DNA of 55,816 nucleotides, filler included, from Sphacelaria rigidula (taxonomy: Eukaryota): the NCBI GenBank assembly GCA_964200075.2. It is 6 parts of 6 records of this genome, joined end to end, with 100 filler letters (N's around TTAATTAATTAA, not from the genome) between each part and the next. Parts side by side here need not be neighbours in the genome. Positions count along the whole stretch, not along the records: positions 9,321 to 18,540 come from CAXNAA020009012.1; positions 18,641 to 27,859 come from CAXNAA020009013.1; 4 more parts are not named here. The stretch is one strand, 5' to 3'. Each line of letters starts with the position of its first letter. Positions within the stretch are counted from its first letter, which is position 1. The notes beneath the pieces were generated by a model, which ran no database searches, was not told the DNA's origin, and worked only from the letters and a program-made list of their open reading frames with translations. A program made the translations under genes and the position numbers. Of this stretch, positions 11,465 through 24,100 are shown in pieces.

Positions 11465-11880
11465 CCGATCATCGAAAATGAGGATGGAGCTTTTCATCGA
11501 GGATGAGAACCCGGAGAGTTGAAATCTTCCTATCCACACCAAATCCTCGAAATATGGTTCCATTTTTTCACTTACTGGTAGCTTTTGACAACTACTACAC
11601 GCCATACAAATTTGGGTTCTGATAACCGAAATGTTGGGATCCGAGGTGAAAAGCCAATTTTGGGTAATTTCTGCGATCCGATCGGATCACCTAGGTTCCC
11701 CAAAATTGTTCCTTCATTTAGGACCCCAACACGTCGGTTATCAGGATCGAAATTTTGTATGACGTGTAGCAGTTGTAAATAGCCACCAGTAGGTGGAGAA
11801 GTGGGAACATATTTCAAAAATCTGGTTTGGATACGAAGATTTTATTGAGTGTTATGTTCGGTGTCCTCGATTATCGACCA
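11465..11880. mobile_element. Foldback element, family B
   Basis: Long imperfect inverted repeat centred on GATCCGATCGGATC (about 11675-11688); homologous to 26424-27172. Confidence 0.7.
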
Positions 11881-12002
11881 ATCCATTGCTTTTGACCGCT
11901 CGGCCGCGAGGGTACGAGTCCGTCGGGTCATGCACATTTTTAAAAGTGAAATTGAAGCGGATTCAACAGATGATGCACTATGCTCGCCGTCGAAAGTGTT
12001 AG

Positions 12003-12120
12003 CCCGTTGACCGCGAGGGTAGGCGATCTGTTGAATCAGCATAATGCATACTTTGAAGTATTATTTTTCGGGTGTGAATGATGCCGATTCAACAGATAGC
12101 CTACCCTCGCGGTCAAAGGG
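12003..12120. mobile_element. piggyBac-like hairpin MITE, preceded by a degenerate tandem copy at about 11890-12002
   Basis: TTAG-CCCGTTGACCGCGAGGGTAGGCGATCTGTTGAATC ... GATTCAACAGATAGCCTACCCTCGCGGTCAAAGGG-TTAA. Confidence 0.8.
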
Positions 12121-12444
12121 TTAAGCAATCAAAAATTGTACATGTGTTCACTTTTACCTCCACATCGGTCGCCTGTTGCGGAGTATCCAGATCCACGGCA
12201 TCATTTCCGACTAGAGCGCCGCTAGAGCTGCTGCTGCCCCCGGCGGTCGCCATGTAGGGCGGGTTGTGTGCGCGTGTGGTTGTGTGTTAAGGGGGGCTAC
12301 GGTGCGGATGGCTTCTGATGCGGTCATGTTGATGTTTGAAAACGGCAAATCTATCACTACTCGAAACGGTGACAGATGTGTACACGTGTAACCGTTTTTA
12401 CGTATCAACGCGAATCAGCGTCGGAACAAGAACAACTCCAAAAT

Positions 12445-12846
12445 CTGCGTAGCTTCTGTAGCTGTCAAGCTCAACCAGGGCAAACATGCTCAGCTCATGT
12501 AGCTCTCAAAGCTCAACCAGGGCAAACATTTGCGGATGAGCTACGCCCGGTAAACACGCGTAGCTTATGCAGCTCTCATAGCTCACCCGCGGCGAATATG
12601 ATCTGATGGGCTACGGGGTGGTAACCCATCTAGGGCAAACACGCGTAGCTTATGCAGCTCCCGTAGGTCACCTAGGGCGAATATGATCTGATGAGCTACG
12701 AGTTGATAGTTCACCCAGGGCAAACATGCGTGGCTCGTGTAGCTCTCATTGCTCACCTGGGAAAAATATTTGTATCTCATATAGCTATCATAGCCCACAG
12801 GAGCTACGCTAAAAAAGAGCTAGCTCGAGCTACAGGTAGTTGAGCT
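12445..12846. repeat. AGCT-rich satellite, block 2
   Basis: Same subunits and orientation as 10795-11290. Confidence 0.85.
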
Positions 12847-12949
12847 GTCCGACGTGCGAAGAAGTGTGTCGAATATCCAATGAGACGGCTGGATCTTGGA
12901 GTTACCTTGAGACCACTTCACCACTCAGTGAGAGAGTCGCGGGAAATAA

Positions 12950-13800
12950 TCATTTCAGTTGACAAGTCATCTGCGTACCTTGGGTGACGTCTGCAGCCAC
13001 CGCAGAGGCATTCAGCGTGGTTTTACGGTGATGTCTTGGAAGGTGAAGTCGTTGTTATGCAGGCAAGAATTCAAGGTGGAGTTTTGTCATCCTCCCCCTG
13101 ATGCTGGCAGACGTGGCCGTCTGAAGGACCGTGTGTGATGTGTTCAACGCTCTCGTGCTGAAGGCTGTCGTGTAACCTGTTCATCCCTGTTCATGATAAT
13201 CGGTCGCCTCGTTCCCCGCTCATGTGTGTGCCTCAGGAGGAGAAAGGAGAGCGGACGATCCATCACCACAGAGGTTACCACCACAAGGAGGATGTGCCAA
13301 TGGAGGTGAGAAGACTAGGAGCATCGCCTGAAAGGTGGTCTGGGTGGGGGTACCCTACCCGTAGGGGAGAGCGCCTTGATGGCCGTTTCGTGACAATACT
13401 CCAACCCTCAAGTCATTTTTGACGAGGTCTCTGACGAATATATGCCAGCACGTTACTTTTCAAGTCTTGAGTGTAAACACGAGGATGGAGTATGCGGACA
13501 GCTCTACTCGCCCAAACCCAACAAAAGCACGATACACATGACAATATTCCGCCGAGCATCCTCAGGGTGCCTGTCGGGTGTTCGGGGGAATTTTGGTCGT
13601 CGTAACGCTCGGTTTCCGTTTTCATGTCGTTGCTGTTCACCACAGCGGTAGTCAAGAACCCCGATGGTGAGGTATCTGAATGCCCTTTTCTTGAAAACTG
13701 CGGCTACCGCGCCGTCTCGAGTTCTGTGGGTACGATGTTGACACGTCCCAATTGAAGGGTATTGATTTTGACGGCACGTGAAAGCCTGGGAGGTGCTTGC
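12950..13800 (-). pseudogene. Heavily decayed non-LTR reverse transcriptase remnant
   Basis: YADDL at about 12962-12977, and an upstream AVAAVFKK...YLTIGVL segment (about 13650-13715) resembling the RT domain-1 region, in the expected order. Many frameshifts. Confidence 0.4.
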
Positions 13801-14012
13801 TTGTTGGATGAAGCTATGGCCGCATCGCATAGCGTTCTGTCTTCACCGCGTTAGTTGCCATTCTCCTCACCCACGAGCGTCATGCCAAAATGCCTGACGT
13901 GTGACTGTTCGGAGAAATCCTCTCAAAACTCGCACTCCGACCCGCGCCCATTCGTTTTCTCCGTCGTTCATTTTTTTCTGTGTTGAACATGACATGCACA
14001 TCGTTCCCGCAG

Positions 14013-14063
14013 GATCGCCACCATGTTCACCACGCCTACCACCACCAACCAGGGGAAGAAAAG
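14013..14063 (+). CDS. Probable short His-rich exon, likely the same gene as 9594-9743
   Basis: ccgcag| acceptor and |gtaacg donor, 51 nt, phase 0/0, DRHHVHHAYHHQPGEEK. Confidence 0.55.
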
Positions 14064-14241
14064 GTAACGGTTGATCGGTTTATACTTTTTTTTGACGCTT
14101 CCAATTCCTTCCCTCCTCACTCGAAGTCATGCGGTAGGGACCTGTCGAGTCTTCATTACTCAGCGCTGGTGCTAGATGTTAGTCTTGCGCTGCTGCTGTT
14201 CTTCCGTTCCCCTTTGCTCCCCCTCCCTGCCCCCCCCTCCC

Positions 14242-14307
14242 GCGCCCCCTCGAAAAGGGATGCGTGGCCAATGGTCAAACGACGGAGACAAGTAGCAACT
14301 GATTGCA
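14242..14307 (+). mobile_element. 5'-truncated LINE tail (C-tract family)
   Basis: CGAAAAGGGATGCGTGGCCAATGGTCAAACGAC... flanked by CCCCCCCTCCC at 14231-14241 and 14308-14318. Confidence 0.75.
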
Positions 14308-17300
14308 CCCCCCCTCCCTTTTTTTCCAGTTTACCCTGCTCTCCTATCTTTCTCCATTTTCCCCCTTCTGGAGTTTCTTTCAGCATGTATCCCTGTTTTT
14401 TACCGCAAGTACCTTTACTTCGAGACAAGTGCTGCGTTTCGAAGCGGCTCGGTCCATGTGGGACAATCAGCCAATCAAGCAATTACGCGTTCGTTCGTTT
14501 TTGTGGAACTGGTAAGATCCCGGGAGGTTGGAGGCACCAACACAGGCAATGGGCCAACCACGGACACCTCACGCTACTGGGGACACGCTACAATCTAGGC
14601 CGAGCGAAGTCGCGAGCTAGGAAGGAGCTGATCGACAGCTACGTTTTCAAGTAGGTTCCGTTCCCACCTATAAAGAGCTTCGGGTGTTTGTTTTATCACC
14701 CCTTTACTGCTGCAGGATTTTTTCGTTGTTTCTCATGTTCGAACGTGCTGTGGCACGTAGCTTCATTTCCACAAACGGTTTACTGCCGCAGGCGCGTCTA
14801 CCGTACAGTTGTCCTCAAGATACGTGGCATGGTTGTTCCGTACGGGAATGCAAAGATTGGAGTACAGCAAGACCGGCCGTGGTAGTACCCGGAACAACCG
14901 AACAGCAACGATATGGCCATACTGTAACAACAGATACACCAATGCGGCGTGTCACAATCTCACTTCAACATGACGTCATTATATCGCGGAATCGATCTTG
15001 TGCAGGAGAGGGCCTGCGTCCTCACACCAGACCTTGGCCTTCACCGACGCTAAGCGCTGGCGTGCCCCCGGCCTGTGGATGATGATATTTGGAACAATAT
15101 CCATCGCATTCTGCTTGGTAATCGGCAACTTCCAGCCCAGGTGAGACCTGTGACAGCAGCGAGCAGCTTTGACCGTTATCCGGTATGACGAAATTTGAAC
15201 ATGTGATCAATTATGAACTTGAGTCGACCTTGTCCCCGGAGAAACTTCACTTGACCTCTTGAGCTGACTCTGGATATATCGATCAATCATCAGGGATATG
15301 TATTAAAACGAATGCTTTGACGTCGTTCACAACGCCATATTTTTCATGGACCAGGGATCGGAGATTACCTAGAGCGCAGGTGATATGTGGACGTCAGGGT
15401 TAGGGCTGCTCCTCGCTAGTCGAGAGAAGCTTATTAAGAAAAGCGTACAGATATTGAGATCCGACGGTACTGTCCCGAGAGGCGAGTCCGCTTCCGATGT
15501 ATCGATTGAGAGAAGAATCTTGCCCCTGCTGCATTTCGTGGAGAGCTGTGCAAAGTCGCTGTGTAAATACACACAGTAGTGGGCGGCCTAACCAATCATT
15601 TTGTGGAATTGTGTGCTTTCTTCGTGATTGGCGATTTTCTTGGGCTCTATTTGCTTGCCACCGCGTATCACTTTGGGGATCTGAAGGTATTTGTATCCGT
15701 TCCACATTCCAACTTTCATCTGTACACGGTATTGAGTGACTTACGGGCTGACCGGTCATCGGGGGTCCTGCCACGTTTTAGGCAAAATTCTTATCCTTCG
15801 GTATTCTCGTTCGATCCAGCTTGCCCCGATCAAATTTGTGGAGAAATGTACAGTTTCATTTTTTTCAAAATTTTACTTACTCATGACACTAAAGTCGAAA
15901 AACAGTGTTTCAGACTCAGTAACACCCTCCTGATGAACGGGGTATTCACTCGTATCGTGCGATAACACCAACTGACACTGACTTGGGTACTGTCTTTCGA
16001 AGATGATCTGTTTGTACCAAAATCTACTGACGCTGCCAATTTCGAGTTCGATCGGAGAGTGGTACGCGAGGGAAACCCCCAAACGCCCCTGAACAGTTTG
16101 ACCTCCCACTACTGTATTCTGAAACCCACCCAGGGAAGCAGCACCAGTACTGGATCGTACATGGCGGCTTCTGGTTCACCGTCATGAGTGATGGTTCACC
16201 GAAAGACCTTGAAATGAATTGCTTATCAAAGTTCTGAACTCAGGTGTGGCCCTTTGTACATCATACACATCGGTTTGCATCCGCACTGAGCAAATCTTTC
16301 AAAACATTGCCTACGGCATCCTGCTTGGTTACGACTACAATTCAGCTTCGCTTGCGGTCTAGCAGGCGCGCCGCCGAAGTCATGATGCCGACGGTCCTCG
16401 GAATGGAAGAAAAACTGCCCCTTCCCTCAGAGGAGTCCCCAACACGACGATAAAAGCGAAGAAGGACAATACTGTCCGTGGTTCACAACCGTATCGTTCG
16501 TAACTGTTTGACTGCCCAGGCGTGTACCATATGTTGAGTCCGGCATGATGAAAAAATGTGATCAGACTCGGGTGTTCATCTCGTGGCGCTGATCGGGATA
16601 GGGACGGAGGCCATAAAAATCTCAGATGAAGAAGATGTTCATGTGCACACTCCCAACGTTGTGTCAATCCGTTGTTGTCTGTTTGCACTTTCTCACCCGC
16701 CGCGGCCAGACCGAAGGTGAAGAAAGTGAGCTGAGTGATGCCTTCGGAGCCCCAGGGCATCAATTCCTGGGCCCACGTGTCGCGATCCACGGCACAGTGC
16801 ATGGCTACGAGTGTTTCGGTGTACGTTGTGGCAGTTCCAACGGCATCGAAGGTACTGCCGTATTTTTTTATATGTGTTTTTTCCTGCGTACAAAGCCACC
16901 AGCCTGCAGCTACAACAGGTACCCAATAGTTTCGAAGAATGCTTTTCTTTCTTTTCTCGAGGTGATGGTGCAGTCGTAAGTGCTGGCAGTGAGTTCCTGC
17001 TACTCAAGGTACAGAAAATGGGCGGCGGGTTGATATTCCACGACTGGGTTGAGATATATGGAGAAAATGTAAGCCATTGAAGGCGGGGTCAGAGGGATCT
17101 GTGAGAGCATTTCGAAGTGACCTTGGGCTGAAAACGAATGAGTGAGCGGTTCGACTGTTGGCAGGATTTTCTTGAGATGGAAGCGGTGATGCGAATTTCA
17201 CGAATTCGTCCTGTTGCAAAGTCGACGGGGTGGAGTTGTTGGTATTCACTGGTGGTGGGTGATGGTAAAGTGGGAACATCATGTCACGGTCTTGCAACAT

Positions 17301-17869
17301 TCCACTCGCAGAACGACGAAGCTTGTGTTCCCAAGTTTGTCATGAAACGATTCTGTTGCGTTTGCATTGGCAGCAGGAACCTATACTTGTGCTTTTGTGA
17401 ATCCTCATGACAAAATACACTGTGTCTGTTACAGTAGCTAGTTGTAGTTTTGTAATAAAAGACAGGGTAGGTGGGGGCTGGGGGGGAAATTTGCTTTTCC
17501 AACTCGATATGAGTAAGTGTGTCTATGTGTCTGGTCGCTATCAAAGCGATGAAGCATACAAATATCAGTGCTGACCGTGATTCTTTTATAAAGGGTGAGC
17601 TGCAGTACACTTCTTGCACCACACAGAATGCCATGTACGCGTATTTCGTTAGTGGTAGGCGAGCAGTTTCGGGATACTAGTTGATGGCAAGAATACTCCT
17701 TGTGAACCTTGACTGTTCATTTGATGTCTTTATTTACGGTGGTGGAAGAACACTGTTGAACTTTCGCTCGTTTTCGGTACTTCAGTATACACTGCGTGCG
17801 TTTCTGAAGAATGACGCGTCTTGCAGAAGCAAGATAGAAATCTTTCAAGGAGCAGGCGGAAACAATCTT

Positions 17870-18255
17870 CCCAGCTAGGACAAATCAAGATTTATACGAG
17901 TTGACTCCTCATGACATGACAGGAGTCAACCTGTATTCAAGTGTTGGTCCCGCATCCACCCGACGGTGAATAAAAAATGCAGTACAGTCATCTCAACCGC
18001 ATACAGATTGAGAGAAAAGTACGACCGATGCAAGGCCCATGTCATGACAGGATTCATGCACGCCTCATGGTGAGTGTATGTGGCATGTACAATCAACGCA
18101 TTCCGCATTTTTCCACAGGGGGTCAACTTGTGTCCATGATCTACCCCCAGGTCTTGCTCCGTCTCGAAAGGGATGCGTGGTCAATGGTAAAATGACCAAG
18201 GCAAGCAACAAATGAGTACGCCCCCCCCCCAATGACCTGGAGTAGGTACCGTTGG
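17870..18255. mobile_element. Second, inverted copy of the CAC-terminus element, interrupted by a LINE tail
   Basis: Reverse-complement homology to about 3720-4097. Confidence 0.7.
18155..18220 (+). mobile_element. 5'-truncated LINE tail (C-tract family)
   Basis: TGCTCCGTCTCGAAAGGGATGCGTGGTCAATGG...ATGAGTACG followed by C10; CCCCCA lies upstream at 18144-18149. Confidence 0.8.
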
Positions 18256-18540
18256 CAGTGTACTGCACGACACGAGATCTCGGAACCTGTATGAATTACA
18301 AATGATGTACGACTCGTATGATTTATTCGTTGGGATGTTGAACATCAGATGAAGCACGCGATGTATCACCTTTTTTTTCCCCCTACCTAACCGTGGTTGT
18401 TTTCCGTCCATGTTTTTCTCCACAAAAAATCGGAAAACGTGCGCGTCTGTTGCTCCCTCACGTACGAGCGGTTTGAGCCTGACAATGAGTAACAGGGTTG
18501 CCAGAAAAATGAGAACGTATTTTGAAATGAGAATCAACCG

Positions 18541-18640
18541 NNNNNNNNNNNNNNNNNNNNNNNNNNNNNNNNNNNNNNNNNNNNTTAATTAATTAANNNN
18601 NNNNNNNNNNNNNNNNNNNNNNNNNNNNNNNNNNNNNNNN
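18541..18640. other. Artificial contig spacer
   Basis: N44-TTAATTAATTAA-N44. Confidence 0.98.
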
Positions 18641-19559
18641 GTTCTCTGTCACACACATGCCAGGAAGGGCGGTGCTGCGGCAATAACAGATAGATCCAAT
18701 TTGAACTTAAGGGGTGTTATTCATCGTTGATTTTCGCCGACCTCTCCTAACGGAGTGCCCGACGAGAACAGCCTGCCACACGCCAGTTGAGGGAGGTATA
18801 TGAGAGATCAAACACTACTTGTAGAAATCTTTTTGACATGCGGAGTGAAAAACGATACCTATGGTGGTTACCCAACTGTTGCTAGCGTGGCGCATAGGCA
18901 ATGTGCAACACGCTGGTCGCGTGAACAGCTCGTTACAGTACGAGTAGTAGCTTCCCATAATAACTAATAGTTATTCCGATGTCCGGAGGACGTGGTTACG
19001 CTAACCAACTGCATCGAAGTCGCACGACCTGTGAAAGCTAGAGAGTTTGATTTTTATGATCTGCATCCACAAAATTATAACTGTTCTGAGAACTTGAGGA
19101 ACATTGCCCTATTGATTCAACAACATGTTTTTCAGCGCACAGAGGCGCGTCCTGTCCAAAAGGGGAGGAAGAGAGAAATCGATCTTCGCGTTGGCGACAG
19201 GCAAGAAGAGACGACGGAATCTCTCCGCAGCTTGGTGCTTCGGGACGTGGAAAATTTGGCATATGCTGGTAAGATCGATTATGCCAGTCTCTCTAGAGTT
19301 TAGTAAACGCCGAGCGGGGACACACAAAGGACGCGGGCGAGGAGCTTCTTCTTCGTCGATGCTTTTCACTCTCGTGATATCACCATTGACACGCGTGTTC
19401 ACCGCATTCGTTAGGTGCACCTAGCCACAGCTGCTCAACTTCTGCGGACATTTGGGGGAAAAGATGGCTTCGCTAGGTCGCTATAGTGTTCCGGTTCTTC
19501 CCTGCAAAGGAGAAATACCACTTCAACCCCATATTTTGTATCAACCCCATTTTCTAGGA

Positions 19560-21660
19560 TTCACTGTTGTGCATTATTGTAAAACTCCCTGTAAGATATG
19601 TAATTATCATTTCCCGTCTAGCAGCATGGCACTTTTAGCACATTGTGTCATTTTCTTCACCGTTCTGCGCAACTTTCCTCTCATCCCAGTTTCTCGCAAC
19701 TTGTTCCACAGCCCATTTCTACATACTGTGTGCCATACGCTTCTTGTACGTCCAGAAAGAAACAGTACGTTGTTAACCCGATGTATTTCCTACCCTGCAT
19801 AATCTTACCTAGTGTGTACACATGGTCTAGGCAACTACGGTTTGGTCCAAATCCTACTTCCTCCTCGCTGATTTTTTCTTCCGTTTCTAGCATCGTTCCT
19901 ACTTCATCGTTCAGCACCTTACAGAACGTTTTCCCTACTGTGCTCAGTAGCGTTATCCCTCTATAATTCCCTGCGTCGGCCTTGTCTCCTTTCTTGGAAA
20001 TATTGACTACTACTCCTTCTCTCCACCTCTTGGGTGTATACTCATTTTTCCCTGTCCAGTTATACAGCATAACCATAATGGTAATAAATCCATCCCCCCG
20101 ATGCTTCAGAAATTTGTTCACTATTCCGACTGCCGCTGCTGCCTTTTTGTTCTTGAGTTTTGCTACGCACTCCTTGATTTAATCTCTGGTAAAATATCTC
20201 CGCAGTTTTTCTGAGCTATTGTCCGCCCGTTTTGACGCCTCTGAATTTTCTTCTTCTGCCCAATCGTTGATCTTTTTTTCGAATTCCGTGTTGAAGCTCG
20301 TGTTAGTGTTTGGTATTCCTAGTTTACGATAGTGCCCGACTAGTACTTCCCCCTTCCCTTTCGAAGTACTGTTCATTTTCCCGTTCTGTGCCCATAGTGT
20401 GGCTATCCCGTTGTCTATACCTTTCTTGCCTGGTTTCCTATAATCCCTTTTATGCCCACCCACACTTATTTCATCCCGCCATCGAAATCTTCGTTTGTTT
20501 TTTCATTACACCTTCCTATGCTCCCTTATATTTCTTCTGCACGATCTCTTTTACTTCCTTTCGAGCTTAAGTATACTCCTCCCGTCCTCCCGTAGTTTTG
20601 CTCGACATACATCTCGCGTAGGCATCTCTCCTTACCCTTTCAGCTTCTTTCTCTTCCTCATCCCACCACGTTACTGTACTGCTGAATACGATCAGCTTCT
20701 TCCCTATGAGTTTACTCGCTGTGTTCTTGACCAACCGTTCCCATCCTTCACGATCTTTGCTTCTACTCGATGTATTTCCATTTCGGTATCAACTGTACCC
20801 ACGCGTCCCAACAGTCCGGAAACTTTCACTGCGTTTTGACCACCCCTTCTTGGAATCCTTGTTATTATTCTTCCACTTCTAGTTTACCGATTCTCCAGCT
20901 GTACAATCTTTTGCCCCGGCCGCCTATTTCTCTCAGCTCTCGTCTGTTGGCTTTCTGTTCATATTAGGCAGTGGTAGTTCCCACGTTCTCCGCGCATATA
21001 TATATATATACGTAAATTTCTTACATTTCCATGTTCTACCACCAAATAGTCAAGAACGGAGCGTCCTCTTCCGTCTTGGCGGTCTCTAGTCCATGTCCAT
21101 TGTACCTCTGGCTTGAGTATTTCATCGTTCACCGTCTTCATCTCGTTGTGCTCAAGAAATTTGGGCATTTCTATACCATTCGTGTTCTTTTTATTTTCCC
21201 CGTATTGCCCGATGATATTATCCGGTTGACCTGCTTCCCTTACCCTTGCATTAAAATCTCCTGGAAGCACTACTTACCCTTGCACTTTATACTGATGTAC
21301 TGTACATCTGCTGCTATCTCTCCAAACCTCCGTTGTATATCGTTCACCCTACTCTTCGATTCTGGGGGCATAAAGATGTTCCCTACAAAGCAGCCCTTTG
21401 TTCCCCGCTCTCCTGGTACTCCTATCCATACGCTCCCATCGAATTTGGTGTCGTCGATCACTTAGATAATGTCACCCAGGTATTCCTTGGCTAAGACCCT
21501 TACTCCCCTCGCTCACCTGCTCTTGTGCTTCTTCCCCTTCCGCTTTCCCCCTACCCATGCGTACTCTTCAACTTTGAATCCTACTTCCGCCCCCTCTTTC
21601 TCCCATGGCTTGAATTCCTATTATATCTAGGTCGCGCTTCCTAACTTGTTGGCCTATCTC
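19560..21660 (-). mobile_element. Decayed LINE ORF2: apurinic endonuclease plus N-terminal half of the reverse transcriptase
   Basis: APE motifs LDIIGI, GDFNARV, NTNG, WTW and SVLDY (about 20960-21640). RT motifs WREGVVVNISKKGDKADAGNYRGITLL, GFGPNRSCLDH and FLDVQEAY (19681-20121). Frameshifted. May extend upstream to about 22790. Confidence 0.92.
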
Positions 21661-23082
21661 TAATATTTTGTGCTTGTCTGTGGTGAAACTTCCTCCCCGA
21701 ATGATCATCTGCTCTCCTGTTGTCTCCTGTTCTTTTTCCGTGCCTTTTACTTCTACTTCCCTTTTCTTGATTGTTCTGCCCCTTGCCGGTTTGGTCTTCT
21801 TCTAGTTGCGTCCGGCCGCTATGTCTCCTCCCCTTCCCCTCCCGGGTATTTACCTGTTCCGGCGTCTCTTTTCCTCCGTTTGCCCGTGCACTACGTCTGA
21901 GGTTTGTCATTCCGTTAGCAATGCAAACTCTCCACCCTACCCTTGTAACCCATGCCGATACTGTACGTGTTTCTATCCTTTCCCAGTCCTCCCTCGCGCT
22001 CTGTTTTAGCGTGACTTGAAGGTGTTCTTTCTCCCTTGCTATTTTCCCTCTTGCCAATCAGTATAGCCCAACTCCATCGCATTTCCTTTGAGACTGTATC
22101 CTCGTCATATCGCTACGGAATACCGGCACTACGAGTACTTTACCCGACCGCCCTCTACTCCTCCATCCGCCCTTCCTTACCGTCTCTCTCTCGATCCCCT
22201 TCGAGAGAATCTCCAGCTTGATCGTTTTGATTGTATTGGTGGGATATCTTCAACGTACAGGAACATCCCAATCCTAGTACGTGTTGCGGGTCTGTTGCCT
22301 TTCAGTTATTTTGGTGGCTCACCGACACTGAATGATGCCTCCAACATGGGCTCGTAGCCTGAAGCCAAGTTCAACACGTTTGACATAAGTATCCCCCGTT
22401 TGTGCCAGGCGATCTTCATGCTACATCATCCACGTGTGCCACCATCGCATCTTCGTTTTTCTTGCCCCGCTGCTGTACAGGATACTTTCCTCCAGGCAGG
22501 CCATTCTCACCGTGTAAGGTTCGAGGACGGCTTGCATAACACAAGGTCTTACTCACACCGGGATGTCCCGTACACCACTCTTCCACTCCGTGTACGATTC
22601 ACCATGGTGGGTCGCGACTCCACTGGTGCTTCCGAGTAGACCTTCGCTGCCGAAAGCTCGGCCAACGATTCCCCCACACTCTGTACCAGCTTCTATCCTA
22701 CATGATCCCAAGGCGTCCACATACCGCTTGGTGCTCCTTCTCGAAGATCATGTGGACGGTCATCGGTGAGGTGTTTGTTTCATGAGTGCAGTAGCGGGGG
22801 GGGGTAAGCAGGTCACAAGGACGGTTTCGACCAGCGGTGTGAGCTCACAGAGTCGGTAGAAGGCGTTAAAATAGTATTTACACGATCGAGGGGCAAAAGG
22901 CCGACGAAATCGTCATCGGGAACCGTCACTGCAATCGTGGGGAAAGCACTGTTTCGGGCTTGAGACTCATTTTTGTGATCAACCTTATTTCATAGAGTTG
23001 TCTCGCCCTTCATAAAGCGAGGTTTAAGTCCTCGCTCGTGGATACGATATGCCGCGTCTAGTTACTAAACCCGATGACATTG

Positions 23083-24100
23083 ATTTATTGATTGATTGTC
23101 GCACATTGGCTGATCCCCGAAGGGTCAAGCCGTAGTCAAACAATGGAGGTCCCCGAAATCAAAACGAAACGGAAGCACTCGCTGAGGAAAAGCGAAACAT
23201 ATATAAATGTAGAACAGAAAAAGTAGACAAGAAAATAAAACTAAAGAACGAATCACACAGGACAGATGACACAACAAAGACTAGAAATGGGCGGCTTCTG
23301 CGACGTGGCTTTGGTAGAAAAGATCTTGCGCAGGAATACGCTATCATACCCAATCGAAAACACAAGCGGTGGGAACAGAGCGCGGCTCATTGTTTTCGAC
23401 ATCAGCGTTTTGGGTAATGAAGCTCTCATCCAACCCTACGGACGCGAGACACCAAACTGTAACTTGCATACACCGGGAGGAAAAAACAAGTAGGGAGAGA
23501 AAGAATAGGGAAATATCTCAGAGAAATGGAGACTGCAGACGTGATGAATCCAAAGGGCACAGTACCGGAGAGCAGCTACAAACACGTACCAAAGAGGACA
23601 GTAAACCCACCGCCCAAGGACAACACCCACACAAAAAAGACGGGTGCATCAGTTTCCGTCTCAGTTCAGCTTCTCGTAATAGTCCCTAGCGTGATTCCTA
23701 GGGTGAATCTCTCGGTGATTTTCATCGTGGATTCCACGCGAGCTTTCTCTGTTGTGGTGCTAGCGACGGCACTCCTTTAATCGGCGGCTCACGACGCAGC
23801 AGCCTCTCGTTTGTGGCGGCCGTGCGGTACTCGTTTGTCTTCGCATGACCACCGTGTGTCCTCGGACTCTTCCGGCATGTGGCCAAGCTGTAGAGTTCAA
23901 GAAAATGTTGATCGTGTGTACAGAATAATGGGTCGATTTGGCCAATTTGCCGAATATAAAGAGACTGCTGCTGCTTCGCTGGATGTGGTCGGATCCACGA
24001 AGTAGACCTGGCATGTTGTTCCCACGAGTAAGGGCTTCACGCTTTGTTCGGGGGTTGCATCGGCTGTACATTCCGTCAATCAGACCAACCATTGAATCTA
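23083..24100 (-). mobile_element. Probable 3' portion of another non-LTR element ending in (CAAT)n
   Basis: Minus strand TTTGACTACGGCTTGACCCTTCGGGGATCAGCCAATGTGCGAC-(AATC)n at 23083-23140. The upstream extent is inferred and uncertain. Confidence 0.4.

Noticed and set aside
10795-12846. CRISPR-like array
   Set aside because: There are no unique spacers between constant repeats; the whole unit is degenerate and tandem, the context is eukaryotic, and no cas genes are present.
21660-22790. LINE ORF1
   Set aside because: The position fits and a G9 run at 22796-22804 could be the 5' TSD copy, but the frames are broken and no RRM, zinc knuckle or esterase motif could be read, so it is not called.
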